The notes under the pieces: generated by a model
Told to the model about the DNA's origin: nothing
What the model saw: only the letters and a program-made list of their open reading frames with translations
Databases searched by the model: none
Assembly: GCA_964389675.1 (NCBI GenBank)
Contig: CAYMEV010000004.1
Span: forward strand, 124,001-178,232
Length of the DNA stretch: 54,232 nt
From: an uncultured Candidatus Sumerlaeota bacterium
GTDB lineage: Bacteria > CAYMEV01
Reading direction: 5' to 3'
Shown: one piece after another, positions 30,583-41,087 of the stretch
How the letters are laid out: each line of letters begins with the position of its first letter
Numbering within the stretch: the first letter of the stretch is position 1
Program-made: the position numbers and the translations under genes

Positions 30583-33063
30583 ATGGGGCATCAGCAATTA
30601 TTGGATGAATTATATAAGAGAGTAAATCTGGAGGACGAATTCAAGTCGAGCTTTCTGGACTATTCCATGAGCGTAATAGTCTCAAGGGCTATTCCTGATA
30701 TAAGGGACGGGCTCAAGCCTGTTCACAGAAGAATCCTGGTAGCGATGAACGACCTGAGCCTTCACCACAATTCCGGTTTCAGAAAGTGCGCCAAGATAAC
30801 CGGAGAAGTAACAGGAAAATACCATCCTCACGGAACCAGCGCTGTTTACCAGTCAATAGCCAGGATGGCCCAGTCCTTTTCGCTGAGGTACCCGCTCATA
30901 ATAGGCCAGGGGAATTTCGGCTCGGTTGACGGCGACCCGCCTGCCGCCGAAAGGTACACTGAAGCCAAGATGTCTGCTGTAGCTGATGAGATGCTCAAGG
31001 ACCTGAAAAAGGATACCGTGCCCTTTGTCCTGAACTATGACGGTACAGAGACGGAACCCGTAATCCTTCCTTCAGTAGTGCCCAATGCCCTTATTAACGG
31101 CTCAAGCGGTATTGCAGTGGGCATGGCGACAGAGATACCTCCCCATAATCTGACCGAGGTGATCGACGGGCTTCTTTTCTATATTGATAGCCCCGAATGC
31201 TCAACCCTTGAACTCATGCAGTACATAAAGGGGCCTGACTTCCCGACGGGGGGCATAATAAACGGAGTAGACCCCATAAGGGAGTTTTATGAGACAGGCA
31301 GGGGCAAGATCAGGCTCAGGGGAAGGCTTATAATAGAGACTGACAAATCATCCAGGGAAAAGATAATAATTACAGAAATTCCATATATGGTTAATAAGTC
31401 AAGGCTTATAGAAAGCATAGCGCATCTCATAAACCAGAAGAAGATAAACGGCATCTCGGATATCAGGGATGAATCGGACAGGGATGGAATACGTGTGGTA
31501 CTTGATGTAAAAAGGAATGAAAACTCCAATGTTATAATGAACCAGCTCTATAAATTCACACAGCTTGAGGTTACCTTCGGGGGTAATTTCCTTGCCCTGG
31601 TAGACATGGCCCCGAGGCTCCTGACGCTTAAGCAGTCGCTGGGGCACTTTTTATCACACAGGAGGAATATAGTCATCAGGAGAACCAAGTATGACCTCGA
31701 AAAGGCTCTCCAGAGGGCACATATTCTGGAAGGCCTTAAGATTGCGATCTCCAATATTGATGAGGTCATAAGGATAATAAAATCTTCACAGACTGTAAAA
31801 GAGGCTGAGGAGAACCTGATAGGGCGCTTCGAACTTTCACAGCCGCAGGCAAGGGCTATTCTGGACATGAAACTGCAGAGGCTTACAGGCCTTGAGATGG
31901 AGAAGATAATCAAGGAGCTCGAGGACCTTCTTCTGGAGATAAAAAGGCTTCAGGACATACTAAAAAGCAAGATACTTATCGACAATATAATCAAGGAAGA
32001 GCTGAAGGAGATCAGGTCAAAATACGGAGACCTGAGGCGAACTGAAATAATGATGGTCTCAGATGAGCCTGATATCCAGGATATGATAAAACAGGAGGAT
32101 ATCGTGGTCTTCCTGACAAACCAGATGTATATAAAGAGGACATCCCTAAGCTTTTACAGGAGCCAGAAAAGGGCAGGGACAGGAAAAAGGGGCGTAATGA
32201 CCAAGAACGACGATTTTGTGGAAAAGATATTCACTGCCCAGACACATGATTATTTCCTTATTACTACAAACAAGGGCAAGCTTTACTGGCTGAAGGCCTA
32301 TGAGATACCCGAATCCGGAATAACATCCGTGGGCAGGGCTATAATTAACCTGATCAGCATAGGCCAGGATGAGCTTATAAACACGATACTCCCCGTAAAG
32401 GAATTCAGGGATGACCAGTTCCTCTTTTTCGCCACCAGGAAGGGGCTTGTAAAAAAGACATCCCTCTCGCACTTTTCAAGGCCCAATAAGGCAGGCATAA
32501 AGGCTATCCTCCTGGATGAAGATGATGATCTTGTTGCTACAAGGATCTCCTCAGGAGTAGATGATATAATGCTTATAACAAGGGCAGGGATGAGCATAAG
32601 GTTTTCCGAAGCAAGTGTCAGGCCGACAGGCAGGGCCACAAGAGGGGTAATTGGCATAAGGCTTAAAAAGAGGATGGATGAGGTTGTATCCCTGGCTCTC
32701 TTCAATAAAGGCGCGACCGGTGAAGATGAATGCTCGCAGAAACCTTACGGGCTTTTCACAATAACAAGCAACGGCATCGGCAAAATCACCCTTGAACAGA
32801 AATTCCGCGCACAGAGCAGGGCAGGAATGGGCGTGATAAACATCAGGCTTTCAAAGAAGAAAAGCCATGTAATAGGTGCCAAGCCCATATGCAAAGGCGA
32901 TGATATAATAGTATGCACACAGAACGGCAAAGTAATACGCTTCAGCTCGGATTCCGTCTCCACAACAGGAAGGACATCGCAGGGGGTCAAGCTTCAGAGC
33001 CTCGGGGATGATGATTATGTTGTATCCTTTGCCACTGTCCCAAGCGACCAGGATGAGGATTAA
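30583..33063 (+). CDS. gyrA: DNA gyrase subunit A
   Basis: DGLKPVHRR, YHPHG, RYTE, GyrA-box-like QKRAGTG, CTD repeats. Confidence 0.97.
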   Translation: MGHQQLLDELYKRVNLEDEFKSSFLDYSMSVIVSRAIPDIRDGLKPVHRRILVAMNDLSLHHNSGFRKCAKITGEVTGKYHPHGTSAVYQSIARMAQSFSLRYPLIIGQGNFGSVDGDPPAAERYTEAKMSAVADEMLKDLKKDTVPFVLNYDGTETEPVILPSVVPNALINGSSGIAVGMATEIPPHNLTEVIDGLLFYIDSPECSTLELMQYIKGPDFPTGGIINGVDPIREFYETGRGKIRLRGRLIIETDKSSREKIIITEIPYMVNKSRLIESIAHLINQKKINGISDIRDESDRDGIRVVLDVKRNENSNVIMNQLYKFTQLEVTFGGNFLALVDMAPRLLTLKQSLGHFLSHRRNIVIRRTKYDLEKALQRAHILEGLKIAISNIDEVIRIIKSSQTVKEAEENLIGRFELSQPQARAILDMKLQRLTGLEMEKIIKELEDLLLEIKRLQDILKSKILIDNIIKEELKEIRSKYGDLRRTEIMMVSDEPDIQDMIKQEDIVVFLTNQMYIKRTSLSFYRSQKRAGTGKRGVMTKNDDFVEKIFTAQTHDYFLITTNKGKLYWLKAYEIPESGITSVGRAIINLISIGQDELINTILPVKEFRDDQFLFFATRKGLVKKTSLSHFSRPNKAGIKAILLDEDDDLVATRISSGVDDIMLITRAGMSIRFSEASVRPTGRATRGVIGIRLKKRMDEVVSLALFNKGATGEDECSQKPYGLFTITSNGIGKITLEQKFRAQSRAGMGVINIRLSKKKSHVIGAKPICKGDDIIVCTQNGKVIRFSSDSVSTTGRTSQGVKLQSLGDDDYVVSFATVPSDQDED

Positions 33064-33068
33064 CCCTT

Positions 33069-34313
33069 ATGTTCAGCCTGGATTTCATCAGGGATAACTT
33101 TGAAGTCCTGAAATACTATATTGAGCTGAAAGGCCTGGACACAGACATAGATTATGTATATCAGCTGACGCTTGACAGGGTAAAGCTAATAAAGGACATT
33201 GAGCAGACACAGAAAAGAATAAACCAGCTGAACAGGAAATACCTTGAACTGGAGGAAAACAGCCCCAAAAAGCAGAAAATGCATGAAGAGCTCAAAAGCC
33301 TTTCCAAAAGGAAGAAGCATATCAGGAAAAGCAGAAAAGAGACCGAGGGCAAGCTTGGGGAACTGCTCCTGACCATACCCAATATACCCAATATTGCCCT
33401 CTATCAGCCCCATTCCCACTTCACAACCACTGATACACTTCAGAAGGAATGGTATCCCCATGAATATGAAAAGAATACTGCCATAATACCGCATTATGAA
33501 ATGGCTTACAAACTACGCATATTTGACCAGAGCTTCACAAAAAAGATAAGCGCACCGAAATTCAAACTTTTTCTGCCTAAGGGCTCAATTCTGGTTGCAA
33601 AGATATCAAGGCATATCGTTGATTTTTTTCTCAGCAGCGGTTTCGAGAGGGTTTTCGTTTCAGAGGTCCTCGACAGGGATGTAGTGAAGATGATGGGATA
33701 CCTCCATAAGGACAGGGAGATGTTCCTGCTTGAAGACAAGAACCTTCAGCTTTCTCCTTCAGGGCACATCGGAATACTCAATATGCTCTCCAATATGAAC
33801 CTGGACAGCTCATACATACCCCTGAAGTTTTTTGCTGTCTCCAACTGCTTCAGGAAGGAAATAGGAGGATACGGCAAGGACAACAGGGGCCTTTTGAGAA
33901 TGTACCAGTTCATGAAGAATGATTCCATAATCATTTCTGACCCTGATGATTCATATGCCATTTTTGACAGCCTTGTTTCAACGGTGGAGAACCTGATTAA
34001 AAGCTTTGCGATCCCCTACAGGATCATAAACCCGTCATACTCAAGCACACCCTTTACCTCCAGCATGACACTGAACTTTGAGAGTTTTCTTCCGAGCCTT
34101 GGAAAGTGGATATCACTCCTCACCATATCAAATACGGAGGAATTCCTTTCCAGGCGGATCAATCTGCAGTGCAGGTGCCATAAGAGGAAGGCCAGGGATT
34201 ACCCTCATATACTGCACTGTTCAGGACCTGCAATAGAGAGGCTGATAGCGCTTATTCTGGAAAACCGCCAGTATGACGGGGGTTTTGATTTCAATACCCT
34301 TTTTGAATACTGA
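33069..34313 (+). CDS. Seryl-tRNA synthetase homolog with degenerate active site
   Basis: N-terminal coiled-coil arm, IPNIP, CFRKE..G.D.RGLLR.YQF, AIER..ILEN; TxE, KxE, ExSS and NGS motifs altered. Confidence 0.8.
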   Translation: MFSLDFIRDNFEVLKYYIELKGLDTDIDYVYQLTLDRVKLIKDIEQTQKRINQLNRKYLELEENSPKKQKMHEELKSLSKRKKHIRKSRKETEGKLGELLLTIPNIPNIALYQPHSHFTTTDTLQKEWYPHEYEKNTAIIPHYEMAYKLRIFDQSFTKKISAPKFKLFLPKGSILVAKISRHIVDFFLSSGFERVFVSEVLDRDVVKMMGYLHKDREMFLLEDKNLQLSPSGHIGILNMLSNMNLDSSYIPLKFFAVSNCFRKEIGGYGKDNRGLLRMYQFMKNDSIIISDPDDSYAIFDSLVSTVENLIKSFAIPYRIINPSYSSTPFTSSMTLNFESFLPSLGKWISLLTISNTEEFLSRRINLQCRCHKRKARDYPHILHCSGPAIERLIALILENRQYDGGFDFNTLFEY

Positions 34314-34314
34314 T

Positions 34315-35106
34315 TCAGATCTTCCTGGCAACCGCAATATAGGCAGTATGCCCTACCATTGCGTCATTGGGCCTCAGCCGTTCTGATACGACCTTATAGT
34401 TCCTTATCAGCAGTTCTGTTATCTCTGTTTCCCTGAAACCATAATGATTCAGGCTCTCGATAATATTTGAAAGCTGGTTTACAGTTGCAACCACCATGCC
34501 CACGGTACCGCCGTATTTCAGTGCCCCATAAACATGGCCTAGGACATCCTGCGGCTCCCTTATATCTATAAAGACATTGTCAAGTTCCTTTTCATCAATC
34601 CCATCCTTGATCACATCACGGTTCTTGAAGCTTATTCTTGTTTCCAGCCCCCTGTCATAAAGGAGTATGTTTTTCCGGCTCATCTGGACAAACTCGGGCC
34701 TTGCCTCATAGGTCACAATACTGCCTTCCTTTCCTGCAAACTGTGAAAGCACAAGGGTCATCGAACCCGTCCCTGTCCCGATTTCGGCTATTCTTGCCCC
34801 TTCCCTTATTCCCATCCTGAAAGCGATGAATGCGCTGTCCTTTGGGTATATTATCTGTGTATGCCTTTTCAGGCCGAAAAGGATATACTCATACATGGTC
34901 GGCTTAAGGACTGCATACAAAACCCCCTTGCTTGTTGTCAGGCATGTGCCGTAGCCCTTCTCAACGATCTCCTTTACATAGAGAAAGCCGTTTGTCGTAT
35001 TATACTTGAAATTGGGGACTATATTAGGCGGTATCTGGTAAAAATACCTCTTATCATCCCCCGTGTCATACAGCAGGACAAGGTATCCGGGTTTTATGGA
35101 ATTCAA
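34315..35106 (-). CDS. trmI: tRNA (adenine-58-N1) methyltransferase TrmI/Gcd14
   Basis: RHTQIIYPKD, EIGTGTGS, DIREP, LRP..MVGHTAY. Confidence 0.9.
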   Translation of the reverse strand: MNSIKPGYLVLLYDTGDDKRYFYQIPPNIVPNFKYNTTNGFLYVKEIVEKGYGTCLTTSKGVLYAVLKPTMYEYILFGLKRHTQIIYPKDSAFIAFRMGIREGARIAEIGTGTGSMTLVLSQFAGKEGSIVTYEARPEFVQMSRKNILLYDRGLETRISFKNRDVIKDGIDEKELDNVFIDIREPQDVLGHVYGALKYGGTVGMVVATVNQLSNIIESLNHYGFRETEITELLIRNYKVVSERLRPNDAMVGHTAYIAVARKI

Positions 35107-36497
35107 CGTATCAGCCTCTGCTGAAATGTAAATACCATCTTTGCAGTTTCCGTCAGTATTATTATGTCAAGGAATATATTCTGGTTGTATATATACGCAA
35201 GGTCGTACTTCAGCTTTATCTCAGGGTCAGTATAATATTCCCCGTTTATCTGGGCAAGCCCGGTGAGGCCCGGCTTTACCCTGAACCTTGCGCTATAGCT
35301 CTTTATTTCCTTCTCAAACTGCTTTACAAAGAAGGGCCTTTCCGGCCTCGGGCCCACGAAGGACATATCCCCTTTAAGTATGTTGAAAAGCTGGGGAAGC
35401 TCATCAAGCCTCAACCTCCTTAATACCCTGCCTGTCTTTGTGATCCTGGTGTCCTGCTCTGCTGCAAGGACCGGCCCTGTCTTTTCCTCTGCATTGTTGA
35501 CCATGGTCCTGAACTTGTATATGACAAAGTCCTCCTTGTCCTTTCCGCACCTTAACTGCCTGTAAAATACCGGCCCGCTTGATGTAAGCTTCACTATAAG
35601 CCCTATGATCAGCAACAGGGGTATTAGAAGCAGGATTGCAAAACCCGACACGGCAACATCAAAGATTCTCTTTATAAGTACGGAGGAAGGGGGCACAGGG
35701 TCCTTGTATATTTCAATAAGCGGTATATCATGTATCTTCACCTGCTTAAGCTTGCCGATAAGTATCTCATACGGGGATGGCACGATCGTAATCCTGGTCT
35801 TATGGTCTGAGGTTGACATATCGTGTATTATGTCATCCAGCCAGCTGTTTGTCTGGGCGACCACAACCTCGTCTATCCTGTGCTTTTTTATTATCTCCAT
35901 CAGATTGCCTGCACTGCCGAGTATCGGAAACCCCATAAAGGAACCTTTATCTTCTTTCTCCCTTGATATGAATCCCTTTATCCTGAACGCCTTTTTATCA
36001 TTCAGCAGGTGCCTGAGTATATCCTCTGCCGTTTTGTTTGTCCCGAGTATCAGGACATTCCTGGGTGCAAGGCTTATGCTGAAAATTCTTATTACAAAGT
36101 ACCTGAACAGAAGCAGAAGCAGGAAGTCAATTATTCCGAAAACAAAGAATATTGACCTTGGAAAGTCAAACTCTGCAAGGAAATAGTAAATTGTGATAAG
36201 CACCAGGCAGCATATAATTACAGAGAATAAGAGGTTCTGTATAAATGACCTTACCCTGGTACGCTCAGCTATATCATACATTCCGAAAAAATAAAGGCTC
36301 AGCACCTGTATTATGATCAGAAGAAGGGTATAATGGGTAAGGTTCTGATAGACATCATCAGGGAGGACATCACTGAAGATAAAGAACCTGAAATAATTCC
36401 TCAAAAAGAAGGAAAGCTTGTATGAAAGCATAACAATGCTGATATCGCCTATCATGAGCACAAAAAGCTTCAATCTGTAGAAAGGAGATACTAACAC
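35103..36497 (-). CDS. Undecaprenyl-phosphate sugar-1-phosphate transferase (WcaJ/WbaP family)
   Basis: KRIFD, KFRTM, LDELPQL, MSFVGPRPE, KPGLTGLAQ. Confidence 0.92.
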   Translation of the reverse strand: MLVSPFYRLKLFVLMIGDISIVMLSYKLSFFLRNYFRFFIFSDVLPDDVYQNLTHYTLLLIIIQVLSLYFFGMYDIAERTRVRSFIQNLLFSVIICCLVLITIYYFLAEFDFPRSIFFVFGIIDFLLLLLFRYFVIRIFSISLAPRNVLILGTNKTAEDILRHLLNDKKAFRIKGFISREKEDKGSFMGFPILGSAGNLMEIIKKHRIDEVVVAQTNSWLDDIIHDMSTSDHKTRITIVPSPYEILIGKLKQVKIHDIPLIEIYKDPVPPSSVLIKRIFDVAVSGFAILLLIPLLLIIGLIVKLTSSGPVFYRQLRCGKDKEDFVIYKFRTMVNNAEEKTGPVLAAEQDTRITKTGRVLRRLRLDELPQLFNILKGDMSFVGPRPERPFFVKQFEKEIKSYSARFRVKPGLTGLAQINGEYYTDPEIKLKYDLAYIYNQNIFLDIIILTETAKMVFTFQQRLIR

Positions 36498-37402
36498 AGC
36501 CTTGCTCTTTTCCCCCCTGTCATTCTGCTGAAGATATTATAGATAACCTTTACAGCAAACAGCATTATAATAAAGAAAAATCCGAAAATTACCTTGAAAA
36601 TGCCTGCAATTCCCCTCGAATATTTAGCAAGGTAAAGGAACATGGAATAATAAAAGTAAAAAAGCGGTCCCAGCCACCTGTCCCTGGATGAATAGTTCTT
36701 TACATGAATTATATGGCATGATGGCATGTACCTGATCCCCATCCCGCTTTGCCTTACAGCCCTTGCAATATCAAGGTCTTCCCCGTACAAAAAGAACCTT
36801 TCATCAAACCCCCCTATACTGTCATAAACATCCTTCCTTATCATCATGCAGGAGCCCGAACAGGTATCCGTATCCTGCTCTGTATCATATCCCTTGTGAG
36901 ACCTGTGGTAGCTGTTAAAAAAAGAGCTTTTCCAAAATATTTTTGAAAGCCCGGTCAATCTGAAAACAGAGCCAAGAACCCCTGGAGTGCTCCTCAGGGA
37001 TGCAGGCTGGACTGAATTGTCAGGGTTGAGTATCTTGCTGTAGGCTATCCCGTAACTGCTGTTTTTCTCAAGGAAGCTGTAGAGGCAGTATATAAAATTC
37101 TCTGAAAGCTGCGTATCAGGATTGAGCATGAGTGCATACCCTGCTCTTACATTCCTGAGTATCCTGTTTATGGCCCTTCCGAAACCCATGTTTCTGCCGT
37201 TGTCAGTAATCCTGGCGTCGGGATACTCCTTTTTTATCTGGTCAAGGCTCTCAGAGGGGCTGTTGTTTGCTATAAACACAGTGATCTTCTTTCCACTGAA
37301 ATGGCGCGAGAAATAAAGGGCAGACCGCTTCAGTGACTTAAGTGAATCAAGAAGGACATCCTCAGAATAATAGTTTATATAGACAACCGCTATTTCACAC
37401 AT
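36491..37402 (-). CDS. GT2 glycosyltransferase (WbbL-like)
   Basis: NMGFGRAIN, LNPD, GSCMMIR, GGFDERFFLYGEDLD; start 37402 preferred over 37471. Confidence 0.85.
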   Translation of the reverse strand: MCEIAVVYINYYSEDVLLDSLKSLKRSALYFSRHFSGKKITVFIANNSPSESLDQIKKEYPDARITDNGRNMGFGRAINRILRNVRAGYALMLNPDTQLSENFIYCLYSFLEKNSSYGIAYSKILNPDNSVQPASLRSTPGVLGSVFRLTGLSKIFWKSSFFNSYHRSHKGYDTEQDTDTCSGSCMMIRKDVYDSIGGFDERFFLYGEDLDIARAVRQSGMGIRYMPSCHIIHVKNYSSRDRWLGPLFYFYYSMFLYLAKYSRGIAGIFKVIFGFFFIIMLFAVKVIYNIFSRMTGGKRARLC

Positions 37403-37519
37403 ATTAAGCTTTTGCTTCCAGGCCCCATAAAAGCCTTTTAAAACAATTTCTTGAAATTGTTTGTTAATCAATATATATTATTAACTGTCATATTTCAAAA
37501 TAATTATAGGAGTGGCATT

Positions 37520-38452
37520 ATGAAAAAGTCGCTGATGCTGATAATCCTGCTTCTCTTTTCCACATGCCTGTATGCTGTGAATATATCCAGCATCAATTAC
37601 CAGGCATATTTCGGAGTGGATAATAAGCCAAGGCTTGCACTGGTAAAATACAATGACAATTATCTCTATCTCGTTGAGGGAGATATAATAGCAGACGAAT
37701 ACCAGGTAAAAGCGCTCAACAGCCAGTATATCACCCTTCTGGATATTGAAAGCGGGATGGAGCATAAGATAAATATCAGCCAGAGGGAAGAGGGCCCATC
37801 CGTTAGCAGGCCGTCCACAAGGGGAAGGGACAGCTCGTCTGTGCAGAAGGACCGCACCTTTCAGCCGGCAGCCACTCATGACAGCAATGCAAAGACACCC
37901 GAGGTCTACCTGGAGCCTCAGAACTTCAATATAACATGGGCAAATGCAAGGGCTACTCTAATAATAATGGCAAGGGGATTTACAGACCTTTTCTCCATTT
38001 CCCTTAATATAACCTATGATTCATCCCTTGCAGTTGTTGATGACATAAACGAGGGCTACCTCCTTAAGAGCAAGGGGGGGTCCACTGACTTTTCCGCCGA
38101 CATAGCGGAGGGTAACCTCGATATTGAGATAACGCGCCTGGATGATACGGGGGTTTCAGGCAACGGGATGATAGCAAGCATAATCTTCCGCCCCCTGGAA
38201 AGCGGGACCACCAATTTTGACATAAACAGCATTACAGTCTATGATTCTTCCTTTTCCCCTATTGAAGTTGATATAACCAATTCAGTCGTTAATATACAGA
38301 TCCCCAAGATAGACCCTGAAGAGCAGAAGCTGAACGAGGAGCGCCTGAAATCAGATGACCTCAGAAAAGAGCTTCCATTCCCGGGAGATTTTGACAAGGA
38401 TATCCCCTTTGACAAGAACGACCTGGAGGAACTTCCCCGGGAAGAAAGATGA
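37520..38452 (+). CDS. Exported cohesin-domain protein with PilP/GspC-like N-terminal domain
   Basis: AGGAG RBS, signal peptide, YLVEGDII..YQV, LNITYD...GVSGNGMIASIIF. Confidence 0.6.
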   Translation: MKKSLMLIILLLFSTCLYAVNISSINYQAYFGVDNKPRLALVKYNDNYLYLVEGDIIADEYQVKALNSQYITLLDIESGMEHKINISQREEGPSVSRPSTRGRDSSSVQKDRTFQPAATHDSNAKTPEVYLEPQNFNITWANARATLIIMARGFTDLFSISLNITYDSSLAVVDDINEGYLLKSKGGSTDFSADIAEGNLDIEITRLDDTGVSGNGMIASIIFRPLESGTTNFDINSITVYDSSFSPIEVDITNSVVNIQIPKIDPEEQKLNEERLKSDDLRKELPFPGDFDKDIPFDKNDLEELPREER

Positions 38453-38871
38453 TACACGACAAGACAATGATAAAGAGGCTTCTTCCTCACAGGGAGCCCT
38501 TTCTTTTCCTCGACAGCCTTGAAGATGTTGATTCTCCCCACAGGGGAAGCGGGTTTGTAAGGCTTCAAACCTCGGATCTCCGGGACAGGCCGCTTTTTGA
38601 TATATACCTTGTGCTGGTGGAGTTCGCCGCGCAGGCTTCAGCATATGTTTCCTTTTTCAGCAGTTTCAATAAGGATTCTTCTCTCAGCAACCGCGGTTAC
38701 CTTGTTACAATCAGGGACTTCAATATCAAAAAATGCGTGGAAAGCACTGGCAATTACGCCGATTTTTCCGTCAGGGTGTCTCTTTTGAAGAATTACAAAA
38801 CCCTTTACAGGTATTTCTTTTCTGTTGACGATTATATTGAGGGGGAACTGGAGTTCATTGCTGACATATGA
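38449..38871 (+). CDS. FabZ-like hotdog-fold protein
   Basis: LLPHREPFLFLD, VEFAAQA; lacks HFP motif. Confidence 0.65.
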   Translation: MIHDKTMIKRLLPHREPFLFLDSLEDVDSPHRGSGFVRLQTSDLRDRPLFDIYLVLVEFAAQASAYVSFFSSFNKDSSLSNRGYLVTIRDFNIKKCVESTGNYADFSVRVSLLKNYKTLYRYFFSVDDYIEGELEFIADI

Positions 38872-41087
38872 CTGATGCACGCCCAAACATTCTTCTGGTT
38901 GATGATGATAAGGATATCCTTTCCTTCATGGAGGCAGCGCTCCATACCATAGGCGCCAGCTGCATACTCTGCGAGGACGGCGCAAAAGCACTCGCGCTCA
39001 TAGAGGAAAAGAAGAAGGATTTCTTCAATCTTATCATACTTGACTGCCTTCTCCCCAAGATGCATGGTTTTGATGTCCTCAAGGCCATAAAGTCAAACCA
39101 GAGGACCTATCATATACCCGTGATCATGATAAGCGGCATCTATAAAAAGAGGACATACCGGGAGGACCTGATCGACAACAAGAAGGCAAACGGCTTTCTA
39201 CTGAAGCCCTTTACAACGGCTGACCTTCTCAATGAGATAGAGCCCTATATAAACACAGAGATCATGCAGCAGGATTCCCAAAAGCACAAGCAGGAAGATG
39301 ATGACTCTGCCTACTACGGGGCGACTTTCGACGAACTTCCCGAAGATGATATACCGGATATTCCGGATATAACAGAAAAAGCAGAACCCTCTGGGCCTGT
39401 CCAGGCTGAAAAGGCAATTCCGTCAACAGGGAAGCTCTCTGAGTATCCCTTCTCAGAGATAATAAGAATACTATGCTCCACAGGGTCAACAGCCACCATA
39501 AAACTTGTACGTGAAGACGAGAAGAAGATAGTACTTATAAAGGACGGCAGTTTCATCTGGGCAATGAGCAATATGATCATGCATACACTTGAGCACATAA
39601 TGTTCATGGAGGGCTCGCTCTCCCTTGAACAGTATTTTTATTTTTCAAAAAAGGCCTTCGGCAAACAGAAGGAGCATATCAATTCACAGGACATACTGTC
39701 CACTGTCTCTGAAGGCGAGAAGAAAGCGCTTCTCCGCAAACAGATGCAGAATATAATAACTGATACCTTCCGCTGGTATGACGGCAGGTTCATCATTGAA
39801 AACAGCCTTATGAAGCTTGCCAGCATAGAGGATATAATGATGTCCACCCATGAGATAATAAAGAACGGCGTCATGTCCATAAAAAACTGGGAAGTGCTGA
39901 AAATATCATTCGGAAGCCTCCAGGCACGGTTCAAATACAATAAATCATGCGACCTGGGCAAACTGAAGCTCATCTTTTCACCTGAAGAACTTGCCCTGCT
40001 AAAGGAGGTAAGCAATAATATGTCCCTTGCCGATATACTCAAATCCTCCTCAAAACCTGATTTTGAGACGCTCAGGCTGCTCTATGCCTTTTCAGTCCTC
40101 GGAGCCATTGAGCCTGTAAGCACAGAGGTGCATTCAAAAATAACCTTTTCCTCAGGCCCTGAACATGTTTCTGAAGAAAAACCCCCATCAGCCCCCAAAA
40201 AAGAAGAAGAGCAGGATATAGAAGAGAGGCTCGAAGATGATACTATAACAACCTACAAGGTAATAAGGCACGACACGACTCAGAGGATCCCAAGGCCCGC
40301 CTCAACCCAGGTTGAAACAGTAAAGGAACAGAAGCAAAGCACCCCGGGCCCTATTGACCATTTCTATGATTCAGTCATAAACGAGAAGAACCCTCTTAAA
40401 ATACTGGATATCTCACAGGGGGATTCAAAGGATGACATAAAGAAAAAGTATGCAAAGCTTGTCAAGGAATACCACCCTGACAAATACCACAACAAGGTTG
40501 ATACTGACACATATAATAAGCTCGTTGCTATTACAGACCTCTTAAACAAGTCCTTTAAGGCTGTAATTGAAAGATACGATGACCTTTTCGAAAAGAAGCA
40601 GGTGGATTTCAAGGATTTCAAGCCCTCTGAAGATTCAGCACAGGCTTCAGCAGAGGATGATGCCCGCCTGAAACAGCAGAAGGAACAGATTTCAAGGAAC
40701 CTCTTCATCAAGGGCAGGAATGCCATTATAAAAAAGGACTATCAGGCAGCATTCAGCTCATTCCGCTACCTGAACTCCCTTGACAGTGAAAACCCTGAAT
40801 ACACAGGCTATTACGGCATCGCGGCATATTATGTGAACCAGAAGACACTTGCTTTTGAGCTTCTCTCAAAGGTGGCGGAATCCAATATTAACAACCCGGA
40901 CCTCTATTATTTCATTGGAAAGGTATATGCCGAAAGGAACCAGAAGACAAAGGCCAGGGAATTCTTCAACAAGGCCCTTACCTTTGACCCTCTCCATGAA
41001 CCCTCTCAGAACGCACTTGACAATATTGACTCCCCAGGCAAGGGATCAAAGGACGGCTCCTTCTTAAAGAAGATCTTTAAGAAATAG
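38868..41087 (+). CDS. REC + DUF4388(PatA-N)-like + DnaJ J-domain + TPR protein
   Basis: ILLVDDD, ILDCLLP, LKPF; GKLSEYPFSEII...FRWYDGRF; YHPDK; C-terminal TPRs. Confidence 0.8.
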   Translation: MTDARPNILLVDDDKDILSFMEAALHTIGASCILCEDGAKALALIEEKKKDFFNLIILDCLLPKMHGFDVLKAIKSNQRTYHIPVIMISGIYKKRTYREDLIDNKKANGFLLKPFTTADLLNEIEPYINTEIMQQDSQKHKQEDDDSAYYGATFDELPEDDIPDIPDITEKAEPSGPVQAEKAIPSTGKLSEYPFSEIIRILCSTGSTATIKLVREDEKKIVLIKDGSFIWAMSNMIMHTLEHIMFMEGSLSLEQYFYFSKKAFGKQKEHINSQDILSTVSEGEKKALLRKQMQNIITDTFRWYDGRFIIENSLMKLASIEDIMMSTHEIIKNGVMSIKNWEVLKISFGSLQARFKYNKSCDLGKLKLIFSPEELALLKEVSNNMSLADILKSSSKPDFETLRLLYAFSVLGAIEPVSTEVHSKITFSSGPEHVSEEKPPSAPKKEEEQDIEERLEDDTITTYKVIRHDTTQRIPRPASTQVETVKEQKQSTPGPIDHFYDSVINEKNPLKILDISQGDSKDDIKKKYAKLVKEYHPDKYHNKVDTDTYNKLVAITDLLNKSFKAVIERYDDLFEKKQVDFKDFKPSEDSAQASAEDDARLKQQKEQISRNLFIKGRNAIIKKDYQAAFSSFRYLNSLDSENPEYTGYYGIAAYYVNQKTLAFELLSKVAESNINNPDLYYFIGKVYAERNQKTKAREFFNKALTFDPLHEPSQNALDNIDSPGKGSKDGSFLKKIFKK

